Positions 45,931 through 56,800 of a stretch of DNA of 64,000 bases are shown in pieces (position 1 is the first letter of the stretch; each line of letters opens with the position of its first letter). Under the pieces are notes generated by a model. It was not told the DNA's origin. It searched no databases and was given only the letters and a program-made list of their open reading frames with translations. Source of the DNA: Salinivirgaceae bacterium (GTDB lineage: Bacteria > Bacteroidota > Bacteroidia > Bacteroidales > SZUA-534); the NCBI GenBank assembly GCA_017527435.1, contig JAFXQB010000006.1, positions 23,098 to 87,097 of the forward strand, in the 5' to 3' direction. A program made the translations under genes and the position numbers.

Positions 45931-47547
45931 ATGAAATCATTAGCAAAAACCTTCGTCGCGCTATGTTGCGCCGCCGTCTGCACCGCTTGCAGCCAGCAGA
46001 CAACCGACCAGAAACTCGACGCTTATTTCAGCACTCTCGACGGGCATTTTATGGGCTCGGTGGTGGTGCAGCGCGACGGGCAGACCATCTATCAGCGCTC
46101 GTTGGGTTGGGCCGACGTTGAGAACCAGATTCCCTGCACTGCCGAGACGCAGTTCCGCATCGGGTCAATCTCGAAACCGTTTACAGCGGTTATGGTGCTG
46201 AAGGCCGCCAACGAGGGCCGCCTGTCGCTCAACGACAACATTGCCAAGTATTTCCCCGACGCGCAAATTCCTAATGCAGAACAGATTACCATCAACCATC
46301 TGCTTTATCACCGCAGCGGCTTGGTGGATATTGTCAACGACAAGCCGTATGAGTATCTGACCTATTATCTGACGCCGCAGACGCGCCAGCAGATTCTTGA
46401 GCGCGTGGCCGCCGCAGGCACCAATTCCGCGCCCGACAGCACTTTCCGCTACTGCAACACGGGCTACAATCTGCTCGGGTTCATCTTGGAAGACGTTTAC
46501 GGAAAGTCGTATGCCGAGGTTGTTGACGAACTGATTGTCAGGTCGTTAGACCTACGACACACACGTTTCAGCGAGGCCGTCAATCCGCAGCGCGGCGACG
46601 CACGCTCATACGCGCTGCTTGACCATTGGCAGGTTCAGCCCGAAACCGACGCGTCGGTGGCATTGGGCGCGGGCGCAATGGCATCGACACCCGCCGACCT
46701 TGCGAAATTCGGCAAGGCGCTGTTCGACGGCATCTTCGGTGACAATCTGCGCGAGCAAATGAAAGAACTGAACGAGGGCATCGGCCGCGGCCTGTTCACG
46801 TTCTCGCACAACGGCCATTCGGGCTACGGCCATTCGGGCGCCATCGACGGCTTCAGGTCGCAATTTGAGGTTTTCGACAACCTGACAATCGCCATCTGCT
46901 CAAACGGCACAGACATCGACCTTAACAAAATCACCTTGGCCATTCTCGACGCTGTGGACGGGAAGGACATTGAAATGCCCGATTTCTCGAAATACATCGA
47001 ACTCTCGGCCGAGCAACTTGCGCAATACACGGGCATTTTCCGTTGCGAGGCGCTTGGAATGGAAGTGACGGTGACGGTGGCAGGCAATCGGCTGTGCGCA
47101 CAGACGGCGGGGCAGCAGTCTTATCCGCTCGACGCCCTTTCAGCTGACCAATTCGAGAATGCAAGTGTGGGCGTTGTCATTACTGTCGCACCCGATTGCA
47201 ACAAAATCACACTCAAGCAAATGGGGCAGACATTCGAGTTTGTGAGAAAGTCGGCCAACGCCGATAATCAGATTGAAACACAATCGGTTGCGCTAACCAG
47301 CGAGCAGTTGGCGGCATTTGTTGGGACCTACTCATCGGCACTATTGGGAATGGACTTGAAAATCACAACAGACGGCACGCGGCTGCAAGGACAAGCCACA
47401 GAGCAGTCAGCCTTTCCGCTCACCGCAACATCGGAAACCGATTTCGAGTACAAGCCTGCAGGCATTGTCATAAAATTCAATCTTGCGGATAAAAAACTGA
47501 CACTCAAGCAGAACGGCGGACAATTTGATTTTTTGAAGAAAGAGTAG
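45931..47547 (+). CDS. Serine hydrolase (class C beta-lactamase/PBP4*-like) lipoprotein with a duplicated C-terminal domain
   Basis: ATG at 45931 gives MKSLAKTFVALCCAAVCTAC (lipobox). SxxK = SISK, and YCN and HSG motifs are present. There are two ~85-aa C-terminal repeats (LSAEQLAQYTGIF...FEFVRK and LTSEQLAAFVGTY...FDFLKK). Confidence 0.85.
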   Translation: MKSLAKTFVALCCAAVCTACSQQTTDQKLDAYFSTLDGHFMGSVVVQRDGQTIYQRSLGWADVENQIPCTAETQFRIGSISKPFTAVMVLKAANEGRLSLNDNIAKYFPDAQIPNAEQITINHLLYHRSGLVDIVNDKPYEYLTYYLTPQTRQQILERVAAAGTNSAPDSTFRYCNTGYNLLGFILEDVYGKSYAEVVDELIVRSLDLRHTRFSEAVNPQRGDARSYALLDHWQVQPETDASVALGAGAMASTPADLAKFGKALFDGIFGDNLREQMKELNEGIGRGLFTFSHNGHSGYGHSGAIDGFRSQFEVFDNLTIAICSNGTDIDLNKITLAILDAVDGKDIEMPDFSKYIELSAEQLAQYTGIFRCEALGMEVTVTVAGNRLCAQTAGQQSYPLDALSADQFENASVGVVITVAPDCNKITLKQMGQTFEFVRKSANADNQIETQSVALTSEQLAAFVGTYSSALLGMDLKITTDGTRLQGQATEQSAFPLTATSETDFEYKPAGIVIKFNLADKKLTLKQNGGQFDFLKKE

Positions 47548-47664
47548 AATATTTAGGAATTATAATGTAGTGACGCGATTTATCCCGTTCACATAAATCT
47601 GAAATACAATATGTTATCGGTTAAAATCGGATTAAATCGGTTAGAAACAATAAAACTTTTAACA

Positions 47665-48477
47665 ATGAAACTATTACCATTAATAATGATATTCGCCGCA
47701 ATGCCGATAATCGGTTTTGGGCAAACCACCGTCAGCGGAAACATTCTGAACGAGCGCGGCGAAAAGGTTGAATACGTCAGCATCGGGTTCAATCGCGACA
47801 GCGTGGGCACCATTTCGGACGGCGAGGGGCATTTCTCGCTGAAAATTCCCACAGGACGCACTAACACGTTAGTTTTCAGCCACGTATCGTATCTGCCGAC
47901 AGAGGTTCCGTTTGAAACATATTCGGCAGGCAACGAACTGACTATCGTTTTGAAAGACAAAATGATAGTGCTGCCCGAAGTTACGGTTGGGAAACAGAGC
48001 AAGCCCAAAACCATTGTGGGCCGCGGAATGCCAATGCCAGGCAGTTGCGTGCTCACGGGGCGCGGCACCCCCGACGGCCCCGAAGGCGGACCAATGTTCA
48101 CGCCTGATAAAGATTTCATTATCAGCAATATACTATTGGACATTAAAAAATGTACTTACAAAGAGTGCAAGTTGAGTTTCAACCTATACGAGAGACGCGA
48201 CAGCCAACTTGTCAATGTCCTTCAGAAACCGATTTATCAGACTGTGCAACAATCAAATAAAGGCTTCACGCTCGACGTTGAACCGACTGATATTCTGTGG
48301 CTGAAACGCGGCACAGAGTACTATTTAAGCGTGTCGATGGTGGACAGCGAAGGCGAAGGCACGCTTATGCTCGATGCAAGTATGAAAAGCGGCTATTTCC
48401 GTAAAGGGCTGATTAACGGCGAGATAAAGAAATTGCCCGTCTGCCCTGCGATTGCGGTGAAGGGGGATGAATTGTGA
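47665..48477 (+). CDS. Carboxypeptidase-regulatory-like domain protein (secreted)
   Basis: ATG at 47665, signal peptide MKLLPLIMIFAAMPIIGFGQ, then TVSGNILNERGEKVEYVSIGF...DGEGHFSL. Confidence 0.7.
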   Translation: MKLLPLIMIFAAMPIIGFGQTTVSGNILNERGEKVEYVSIGFNRDSVGTISDGEGHFSLKIPTGRTNTLVFSHVSYLPTEVPFETYSAGNELTIVLKDKMIVLPEVTVGKQSKPKTIVGRGMPMPGSCVLTGRGTPDGPEGGPMFTPDKDFIISNILLDIKKCTYKECKLSFNLYERRDSQLVNVLQKPIYQTVQQSNKGFTLDVEPTDILWLKRGTEYYLSVSMVDSEGEGTLMLDASMKSGYFRKGLINGEIKKLPVCPAIAVKGDEL

Positions 48478-48520
48478 TTTAAGGTGTTGGTGATTTATGA
48501 TTTTATTTAAATTAAATACA

Positions 48521-48548
48521 GTACGGACGCGGCGCGCCACGTCCCTAC
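48521..48548 (-). repeat. REP-like palindromic hairpin element, copy 4 (GGGAC variant, inverted orientation)
   Basis: Plus strand GTACGGACGCGGCGCGCCACGTCCCTAC. The minus strand reads GTAGGGACGTGGCGCGCCGCGTCCGTAC. Confidence 0.8.
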
Positions 48549-48594
48549 GTCTAAACTTCAAACTTGTTAAACTTAAAACTTAAAACTTTTGATT

Positions 48595-49548
48595 ATGAAC
48601 TTTTTTGAAAACGCCCGTGAGGGCAAAAACCACTGGCTGCGGTATGTGGCAGTGATGGCAATCGCTTTCATTGCGGCGCAAATTCCGTCAATCATTTATA
48701 TTGCGGGATTGGTTGTGAAAAAAATGAGTGAAGGCAATTTCAGCCCTGAACAGTTGGCGGGTCTTATCAATCTGAATTCACAAACAGGATTCTTGGTTCT
48801 GATGCTTACATTCGTGTTCTGGGTTGGCCTGATGTGGCTTCTGTTCAAGCCGTTCCACAAGCGCGAGCCGATGACGATGATTTCGGGCGACCGTCGGTTC
48901 CGCGCCGACCGTTTTTTTGGCGCGGCAGGCGTCTATTTCGTTTGTCTTTTAATCTTTTGGACGCTGTTGGCCATTGTCAGCCCCGATGCTTTCACCTTCC
49001 ATTTCAGCACCACGAAATTCCTTGTCGGTCTTTTGCTGGCAGTGATTTTTGCGCCTTTCCAAACGGGCTGCGAGGAACTGATAATGCGCGGCTACCTGCT
49101 GCCTGGATTCGGACTCTGCACCAAAAGCAAAATTTGGGCACTGGTGATTGTGACGCTTATCTTCGCTCTGTTGCACTGCAACAACAACGAGGTTTCCGAC
49201 TTCGGATTCATACGCGCAATGGTTGTCTATCTGACAGGCAGTCTAATGTTTGGATTTTTCACGATTTTAAACGATGGAATCGAATTCTCGTGGGGAATGC
49301 ATTTTGCCCACAATTTTACGGGGTTCACGTTGTTTGCCGTTGAGGGCAATGAGTATGGCTCTTCGCCGCTCTTCACAGTCACAAAAGATTTCGCGTCGGA
49401 CACATTGTTGCTTATTCCTGCTTTAGAAATTCTAATATCTGTGGCTCTCTACTTCATTTTCCGCAAGAAATTCGGCTGGAATATCCGCGAGGCGTTCGAC
49501 AGCAGCCGATTGAAGGCGGTTTGTGAAGAAACGGCTGAAGGTGAATAA
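48595..49548 (+). CDS. CPBP family intramembrane glutamic endopeptidase (CAAX protease/Abi-like)
   Basis: Polytopic protein with the motifs EELIMRGY, FALLH and HFAHN. ATG at 48595 (the track start is TTG). Confidence 0.85.
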   Translation: MNFFENAREGKNHWLRYVAVMAIAFIAAQIPSIIYIAGLVVKKMSEGNFSPEQLAGLINLNSQTGFLVLMLTFVFWVGLMWLLFKPFHKREPMTMISGDRRFRADRFFGAAGVYFVCLLIFWTLLAIVSPDAFTFHFSTTKFLVGLLLAVIFAPFQTGCEELIMRGYLLPGFGLCTKSKIWALVIVTLIFALLHCNNNEVSDFGFIRAMVVYLTGSLMFGFFTILNDGIEFSWGMHFAHNFTGFTLFAVEGNEYGSSPLFTVTKDFASDTLLLIPALEILISVALYFIFRKKFGWNIREAFDSSRLKAVCEETAEGE

Positions 49549-49643
49549 TTTTGAGAGTGTTTTACTTGAATAATAGAGGTAGGTGCAAATTTTGTACATA
49601 CCAAATTTTATTGATACGCAATATTCAGTTAACACATAGTTAA

Positions 49644-49680
49644 GAAAGAGTAATATGTATTTTTTGCATATTACTCTTTC
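49644..49680 (+). terminator. Strong hairpin after the CPBP gene (possible terminator, no T run)
   Basis: gaaagagtaatatg-N9-catattactctttc, a 14-bp perfect stem. Confidence 0.4.
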
Positions 49681-49747
49681 AAAAAACAACAATATCTTCG
49701 GCAAAACTTAATACTTCGAAAACTTAAAACTCAAAACTTTAAGCAAA

Positions 49748-50518
49748 ATGTCTGATTTACTAACAGTTAATAATCTCTGCAAGACCTTCAAACTCTCGCT
49801 CAAGCAGCAGAAAATTGAAGGCACGAAGCAGAAAACGGCGGTCAGCGACCTTTCGTTCACCGCACGGCGCGGCGAGATTTTCGGCCTGCTTGGCCCCAAC
49901 GGCGCGGGCAAGACCACCACGCTGCGCATTCTCTCGACGCTCATCCGCCCCGACAGCGGCAACGCCTTCTTCGACGGCGTCAGCGTGGTTGACGAACCCG
50001 AAAAGGTGCGCTCAAAAATCGCTTTCCTGACATCGGAACTCAAACTCGAAGACTTCTTCACGCCGAACTATCTGTTCGACTTTTTCAGCCAGTTGCACGG
50101 CGTCAGCCCCGAAGTGGCCAGAGAGCGTAAAGAGCAGTTGTTCAGCCGTTTCGGCATCGACCGCTTTGCCGAAGTGAAGGTGGCCAACCTTTCAACGGGA
50201 ATGAAGCAGAAGGTGTCGATAGTCATCTCGCTCGTGCACGACCCCGACATCATCATCTTCGACGAGCCCACCAACGGACTCGACGTGCTCACGGCGCGCA
50301 CCGTCACCGATTTCCTTCAGGAACTGCGCGCCAAAGGCAAGACGATAATCCTGAGCACCCACATTTTCAGCCTTGTCGAGCGCCTGTGCGACCGCGTGGG
50401 CGTGATTATCGACGGCCGAATGGTGGCCTGCGGCTCGCTCAACGAAGTGTGCAACGGTCTACAACTCGAAGACCGCTTTTTTGAACTCTATAAAGAAGTG
50501 AAAGGGAACGAAGAATGA
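49748..50518 (+). CDS. ABC transporter ATP-binding protein (NatA/ABC-2 type)
   Basis: Walker [10 protein letters not shown], signature LSTGMKQ, Walker B IIIFDEP. Confidence 0.92.
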   Translation: MSDLLTVNNLCKTFKLSLKQQKIEGTKQKTAVSDLSFTARRGEIFGLLGPNGAGKTTTLRILSTLIRPDSGNAFFDGVSVVDEPEKVRSKIAFLTSELKLEDFFTPNYLFDFFSQLHGVSPEVARERKEQLFSRFGIDRFAEVKVANLSTGMKQKVSIVISLVHDPDIIIFDEPTNGLDVLTARTVTDFLQELRAKGKTIILSTHIFSLVERLCDRVGVIIDGRMVACGSLNEVCNGLQLEDRFFELYKEVKGNEE

Positions 50519-51705
50519 AAAGTAACGTATTGACAATCATAAAGAAAGAGTTTGACCGCGTCTTCCGCGACCGTCAACTTATGTTCACCACAATCATCCT
50601 GCCAGGCCTGCTCATCTATTTCATTTACAGTTTTATGGGCTCGAGTGCCGACAAATTGACGCAGCAGAACCGCGAAGAGAGTGTTACCGTCCAGGTTGAC
50701 AATCTGCCGCAGAGCGTCGCGCAGTCGTTCAACGCGTTGAGCGGCAACGTCACGCTTAGCCAGAGCGCCTTCGGTCAAGCCGAAATTGACGCGCTTAAAG
50801 ACAAGAATGTCAACACGGTGCTTGTGCGCTTCCCCGCCGATTTCGACGCCGCGGTGAGCACCTACACCACCGCCGACAGCACGCCCGCGCCAAACATCGA
50901 GATTTACTACAACTCGACCAACGAAGCCACGCAGCGCATCTACTCGATAATCTGCGGTACGCTTGGCGGATACGAAGAATCGATAGGCAACCGCTTCGAC
51001 ATCAACCGCGCCGACAGCCCCGACACGCGCTTCAACCAGGCCAACGACGAGCAGGTGAGCGGACAGATTCTAGGCCGTTTGCTGCCAATGCTGATTCTGA
51101 TTATGCTTTTCAGCGGCGTAATGTCGGTGGCGCAAAACTCGATTGCGGGCGAGAAGGAACGCGGCACCATTGCCACGCTACTTGTCACCCCAATGCACCG
51201 CAGCGAGTTGGCTTTCGGCAAGATAGTGGCCATCAGCGGAATATCGCTGCTGAGCGCCATTTCGAGTTTCATCGGCATTGTGCTGTCGCTGCCCAATATG
51301 ATTGGCGGAATGGGCGGCGCCGTATCGTTCAACTACGGCACCAGCGATTACATCATTCTGTTTGCCATAATTATCAGTACGGTGCTGATTATGGCGGCCA
51401 TTGTGAGCATTCTGTCGACGTTGGCCAAAGACGTGAAAAACGCCGCGTCGCTCTGTATGCCGCTAATGCTTGTAATGGTGTTCCTTGGCATTATTTCAAT
51501 GCTTAGCAGCGACATTTCCACCAACACTGCCGTCTATCTGATTCCGTTCTACAACTCAACGCTCGCAATGACTGCCCTGCTGCAGCACGAATTGGCATTG
51601 CTGAACGCCGTTGTCACCGTCGGCGCAAACATTGCCTACACGGTATGTGCCGTTTTGGTGCTGACAAAAATGTTTAATAATGAGAAGGTTATGTTTAATA
51701 GATAA
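50515..51705 (+). CDS. ABC-2 type transporter permease (NatB-like)
   Basis: 4-nt overlap with the ATPase gene. N-terminal TM helix, a large extracytoplasmic loop, and 5 C-terminal TM helices. Confidence 0.85.
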   Translation: MKSNVLTIIKKEFDRVFRDRQLMFTTIILPGLLIYFIYSFMGSSADKLTQQNREESVTVQVDNLPQSVAQSFNALSGNVTLSQSAFGQAEIDALKDKNVNTVLVRFPADFDAAVSTYTTADSTPAPNIEIYYNSTNEATQRIYSIICGTLGGYEESIGNRFDINRADSPDTRFNQANDEQVSGQILGRLLPMLILIMLFSGVMSVAQNSIAGEKERGTIATLLVTPMHRSELAFGKIVAISGISLLSAISSFIGIVLSLPNMIGGMGGAVSFNYGTSDYIILFAIIISTVLIMAAIVSILSTLAKDVKNAASLCMPLMLVMVFLGIISMLSSDISTNTAVYLIPFYNSTLAMTALLQHELALLNAVVTVGANIAYTVCAVLVLTKMFNNEKVMFNR

Positions 51706-51759
51706 AATTCGGCTAACGGATTTATAGCGTCTTGATAAGCATTGAATTCAAATAAAAAA

Positions 51760-51778
51760 GGCGACCAAACAGGTCGCC
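51760..51778. terminator. Bidirectional terminator between convergent genes
   Basis: ggcgaccaaacaggtcgcc flanked by A6 and T5. Confidence 0.8.
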
Positions 51779-51801
51779 TTTTTATATTAGTAATCAGCAT
51801 G

Positions 51802-53703
51802 TTAATCGTCAATCTCGCTCAGCATGCGCAATTTTTCCTGCAGCTCGCGCAGGTGGTTTTTAGCCTTGTCAATCTTGCGGTTGATGTCTTTGATAAGAGC
51901 ATCGGAATTGGCTGATTTTGAGAAGAATCCCATATTATTCTCGTACAAGGTGATTTCATTCTCAAGCTCGCGCATTTTCTGCACAATCTTGTTGCGTTCT
52001 GAATATAGTTTGCCTTTCGACTGCGGATTGTTCCACGATTCGATTTTGCTTTTGTAGTTAGTCAGTTCGCGCTCGCTGGCTTCAAGCTTCAGCAATTTGA
52101 ATTGTGCGTCAATCGCTTCACGGAAGGCTTTTTGCACTTCATCCTTCTTGCTGATGGGAACGTGTCCGATGCTTTGCCATTCCTTTTGGATTTCCATCAG
52201 ACGGTTCAAATTGTCAGAGTTGTCGTCGCTTTTTTCGAAATTCTTTGCGCGCTCAACAAGTTCGAGTTTTAGTTTGAGATTGGCTTCCTGCTCGCCGTCG
52301 ATGCTCGAAAAATGCTCGGCTTTGGCGTTGAAAAAGTAGTTGCAGGCTTCGCGGAAGCGCTTCCACAGTGGTTCCATCTGCTTTCGCGATACTTGTCCAA
52401 CTTCTTTCCATTGTTTCTGAAGATTAACCAATTCGTCGGTGGTTTTTTTCCAGTCGGTGCTGTCTTTCAGAGCTTCGGCTTTTTCGCAAAGTTCGATTTT
52501 CTGCTGCAGATTGCTTTTTTGGTTGGCTTTTATCTCTTTGTAGAACTCGCGTTTTTTTGCGAAGAAAAGGTCACAACCGTTTTTGAATCGCTGGTAGATT
52601 TTGCTGTTTTCCTTTTTCGGGGCGTAGCCGATGGTGCGCCACATTTCCTGAATCTTGACAATGTCAGCCGATTTTTCGTCCCAGTCTTTCGGCTTGTCGA
52701 TGGTGAGACTGTTAATCTCATCAATGCGTTCGCACAGGGCGGTTTTCTGCGCTAGGTTCTGCACTTGCAGGTCTTTCTGTTTCTCGAAGAAATCCTGGTG
52801 ACGCTTGTTGATTATTGTGGTTGCGGCTTTGAACCGTTCCCAGACTTCTTCCTTCTGGTCGTTTGGAATAGGGCCGGTTTCGCGCCATTTGTTGTGCAAT
52901 TCCTGCAGTTCGCGGAAGGCCTTCAGCACCGATTCTTCAAGCACCAAAGCTTCAGCTTTTTCGCAGAGTGCCAGTTTGGCTTTCAGATTTTCTTTCAGGT
53001 CAAGGTCGCGCAGTTCCTTGTTGATTTTTATGTAGTCGTAGAACTGTTCGACAGCGTGGTTGTAAGAGTCCCACAGGTTTTTCAGAGCAGCTTGTGCCAC
53101 AGGTCCGGTTTCCTTCCACTGCTGCTGCAGATTGCGGAAATCCTGGAAGGTCTTGTTTATCGACTCTTCGGTGTTCACCAGTTTTTTAATCTCTTCAACA
53201 ATCTCGAGCTTCTTTTTTAGATTCTCTTCTTTTTCGGCGTCAAGTTTTTGGTTATAAGCGTTTTTCTTCTCACGGAATTGTGAGTAGAGTTCCTTGAAAG
53301 TCACTTCCTGATGCTCGTCGGCGAATTTGAAGCTTTCGGGTGCGCCGTTTTGCTCAATAAATTTCTCACGGGCAATATGATAGTCGTTGCGGTATTTTTT
53401 GTAGAAGGCCGATTTAATTTCTTCCACCGCGAACACGATTGTTTCAACCGGATTGTCGTTAATCAGTTGATTGAGTTTTTTCAGAAGCTCGGGGCGGTCG
53501 TACTTTGAGTAATCTTCAGTTGCAACCTGCTTCTGTCCGTCGAAATCCGACAAGTCGTTGGTTTCTTCGGGTTCGTTGGCTTCAATGTCAGCCACATTCT
53601 CATCAACATTTGCAGCGGTGTCGGCCGTTTCCGGTTCAGCGGCACTGCTGTTAAGAACACCTTCTTCAGGTAAATTTTGCTCGTTAAACAGTTCCTGTTC
53701 CAT
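51802..53703 (-). CDS. DUF349 repeat protein
   Basis: 633 aa with an acidic N-terminus and at least 5 repeats of the type QQWKETGPV / NKWRETGPIP / EMWRTIGYAP / KQWKEVGQVS / KEWQSIGHVP. Confidence 0.85.
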   Translation of the reverse strand: MEQELFNEQNLPEEGVLNSSAAEPETADTAANVDENVADIEANEPEETNDLSDFDGQKQVATEDYSKYDRPELLKKLNQLINDNPVETIVFAVEEIKSAFYKKYRNDYHIAREKFIEQNGAPESFKFADEHQEVTFKELYSQFREKKNAYNQKLDAEKEENLKKKLEIVEEIKKLVNTEESINKTFQDFRNLQQQWKETGPVAQAALKNLWDSYNHAVEQFYDYIKINKELRDLDLKENLKAKLALCEKAEALVLEESVLKAFRELQELHNKWRETGPIPNDQKEEVWERFKAATTIINKRHQDFFEKQKDLQVQNLAQKTALCERIDEINSLTIDKPKDWDEKSADIVKIQEMWRTIGYAPKKENSKIYQRFKNGCDLFFAKKREFYKEIKANQKSNLQQKIELCEKAEALKDSTDWKKTTDELVNLQKQWKEVGQVSRKQMEPLWKRFREACNYFFNAKAEHFSSIDGEQEANLKLKLELVERAKNFEKSDDNSDNLNRLMEIQKEWQSIGHVPISKKDEVQKAFREAIDAQFKLLKLEASERELTNYKSKIESWNNPQSKGKLYSERNKIVQKMRELENEITLYENNMGFFSKSANSDALIKDINRKIDKAKNHLRELQEKLRMLSEIDD

Positions 53704-53816
53704 CTAAATAAGTGTTTATTTGACGTTTAGCGCGTGTGATTCCACACAAATAGTTACATAACAACACGAAATTAAACTAAATAGTTGAATTGCGAGCAAT
53801 TTACGCATGAAAAAAA

Positions 53817-53840
53817 AGACAGACACCAATGTGTCTGTCT
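53817..53840 (-). terminator. Terminator of the DUF2723 gene
   Basis: agacagacaccaatgtgtctgtct flanked by an A run and a T run. Confidence 0.75.
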
Positions 53841-53866
53841 TTTTTGCTTATCAAAAAGAGACGAAT

Positions 53867-56800
53867 CTATCTTCGGCTCAATCCTTTAGCGTTTTTGCTA
53901 CCGCTATATATGCTGTACATTTCGGTGAGCACTCCGTTCAGCTCGTTAAACAACTCGGTCTGTTCGTAGGTTTGCAGTGTTTCGAGAACCAACTGGGCGT
54001 TCGCCATACACATATAGCGCTTGTTCTCGTTCGACGCATAGAACGGTGCCGGCAGCCCTGCGTAATAGAGCAGGTCGTTGTAGGCATTGTTGAATATGCC
54101 GGTGGCAATCTCGGATGCTTTCGGATGGTTGCAGGCGAACAAAGCGTCAACAAAGCGCAAGTCGTAATAGGTTAGTGCCATCTTCTCAACTGGCAGCACT
54201 TCGAGGCAGCGGTTGAGAACGGCAGTGGCAGAATCATGTTTGCCTTCTTGCTCAAGCGCAATGGCCAAACGGCCGAAGTTGGTGCGCAGCTTCACAATCT
54301 GTATGGTGCGGCGAATGTTCTCATCGAGATAAACCTTCGGGTCACCCATATTGCCCCAGCGGAACTTGTTCATCATATTGTCGTAGAGCTGGTCGGTGTC
54401 GATGCGGCCAACCGACTGCAACTGCATATCATATTTGGTCTTGATTGGCACCAGACGGTAAGCAAAACCCTCGCATTGGAAGTAGTCGCGGATGTTGGTG
54501 TCGTTGCCCGGACCCACGGTCACAAAGTAGATGGGGCGGTCCCAGTTGGCGTTGGCCACAAGGTCCAGAATCATCAGGTCGTTCTTCAAAATGTAGCGCG
54601 AAGCAAGACTCCACGTCATTTCATCTACAATCAATGCCGAATCTTTCGCCTTAACAACACCTTTGCGCAGAATTTCGTCTTTATCGACGGTTACTTTCAG
54701 ATTCTTTGTCGGGAAGTAGTCAATAACATCATTGTAGTTCGTCTTCAGACGGGTTTCGGGCTTGTCGCTCGCAATGAAATCGATAACGTCCTTCAATTCA
54801 ACAGCATCCTTAATCTTGTCGTAAACGGGCAGCTGGTCGCGGGTGCCGGTCTCGTACTGGTTGTGATTCATACTGAACGGCACTGGCTCGCTCTCGTAGT
54901 ATTTCGATTTCATCTGATCGATGTACCAGTCGGTGATGAGGTATGGCAGGCAGATAACGCGCACATCGGTGCGGACGCCCTCAACCTCCTGAATGTACCA
55001 CAAGGGGAAGGTGTCGTTGTCGCCGTTGGTGAAGATGATGGCGTTCGGCTCGCACGACTGCAGGTAGTTCCAGGCCACATCGTGGCAGATGTAGCGGTTG
55101 CTGCGGTCGTGGTCGTCCCAGTTCTGGGCGCACATAATGCCCGGAACAAGCAGGCACACGCCTGTAGCTACGGCTGCCGACGGCACTTCTTTTGTCACCT
55201 TGTTCAGCCACTCGTAGAGCGACATCACGCCAAGGCCAATCCATATCGCGAAAGCGTAGAACGAACCGGCGTAGGCATAGTCACGCTCACGCGGCTGGCG
55301 CGGATATTGGTTCAGATAAACCACAATGGCCAGACCGGTAAGGATGAACAGCGCCATCACAACCCAGAAGTTCTTCTTGTCGCGCTTGAGCTGATAGAAA
55401 AGACCAATTAAGCCCAGAATCAAAGGCAGGAAGTAATACTTGTTGGTGCCACGATTATTGGCATATTCTGAAGGCAGATTGTCCTGCGGGCCAAGGCGCA
55501 TCTCGTCAAGGAACTTGATGCCGCTAATCCAGTTGCCGCTCATGTTGTCGCCGTCGCCCTGAATATCGTTCTGGCGGCCCACAAAGTTCCACATGAAGTA
55601 GCGGAAATACATGAACCCGCACTGGTAGCGGAAGAAGAATCGCAGGTTCTCGCCGAAGGTCGGCTTAACCATTGTCTCCATCTCGCCCTGGTTGTTGCGG
55701 ACCTTCACCTTGCGGCCCTTGATGTTGCCCCAGTATTTGTAGTCTTCAACGTGCTCTTGCTTGCTGCTCCACATACGCGGGAAGACGGTACACATCTCTT
55801 TGTTGTAGTTGTACTCGATTTTGTCGTTGCCTTCAACATACTTGCCGTTCTTCTGAATCCAGTTTTTGCCGTTGTGCTTGTATGGGTCGTCAAGGTCGAC
55901 AGGTGTGTTGTAGTACTGTCCGTAGATGAGCGGGCTGCTACCGTACTGCTCGCGGTTAAGGTAGCTCAAGAGCGAGTAGGCGTCTTCGGGGTCGTTCTGG
56001 TCGATGGGCGGTGTGGCCAGCGAGCGCACAACCGTTACGGCATAAGAGCCATAACCGATGAGCAGCACTGCTACTGCAACCAGAATGGTGTTCCAAACGG
56101 GTTTGTTCTGTTTTTGTGTGTAGATGATGCCCCAAGTGAACAGCCCGGCCAGCAAAGCAATCATAAACAGCAGGCCGCTGTTGTAGCCCAGACCAAAACC
56201 GTTGACAAAAATGCGGTCGAAGAAGAAGCCGAGCTTGACCACGCCTGGAATGATGCCCCACATCACGCCGCCCAGAATGACGCACGAGATGAGCAGCGCC
56301 ACAATCACGCCCTTCGGGGTAACCGTTTGGCTCTTCTTGAAATAGTAAACCAGCGCAATGGCCGGAATGGTCAGCAGGTTCAGAAGGTGCACACCGATGG
56401 ATATGCCAATGATATAGGCGATGAGCACCAGCCAGCGGTTGCTGTACGGCTGGTCGGCCACATCTTCCCACTTCAGGATGGCCCAGAACACAAAGGCCGT
56501 GAGCAGCGACGACGATGCGTAAACTTCGCCTTCGACAGCCGAGAACCAGAACGTGTCAGAGAATGTGTAGGCCAGCGAGCCGATGAAGGCGCTGCCAAGG
56601 ATTGCAATCTGCCAGCCGAGCGAGAGCTCGTCAGCGTTTTTGCGGGTCAGGCGGCGGCCCAGATGGGTGATGGTCCAGAACAGGAACAGGATGGTTCCGC
56701 CCGAAGCCAAAGCCGACATAATGTTGGCCCACATTGCCACTTTCGTGACATCGCCACCAGCGAACAGGCTGAAGAATTTGGTCATCAGCATAAAGAACGG

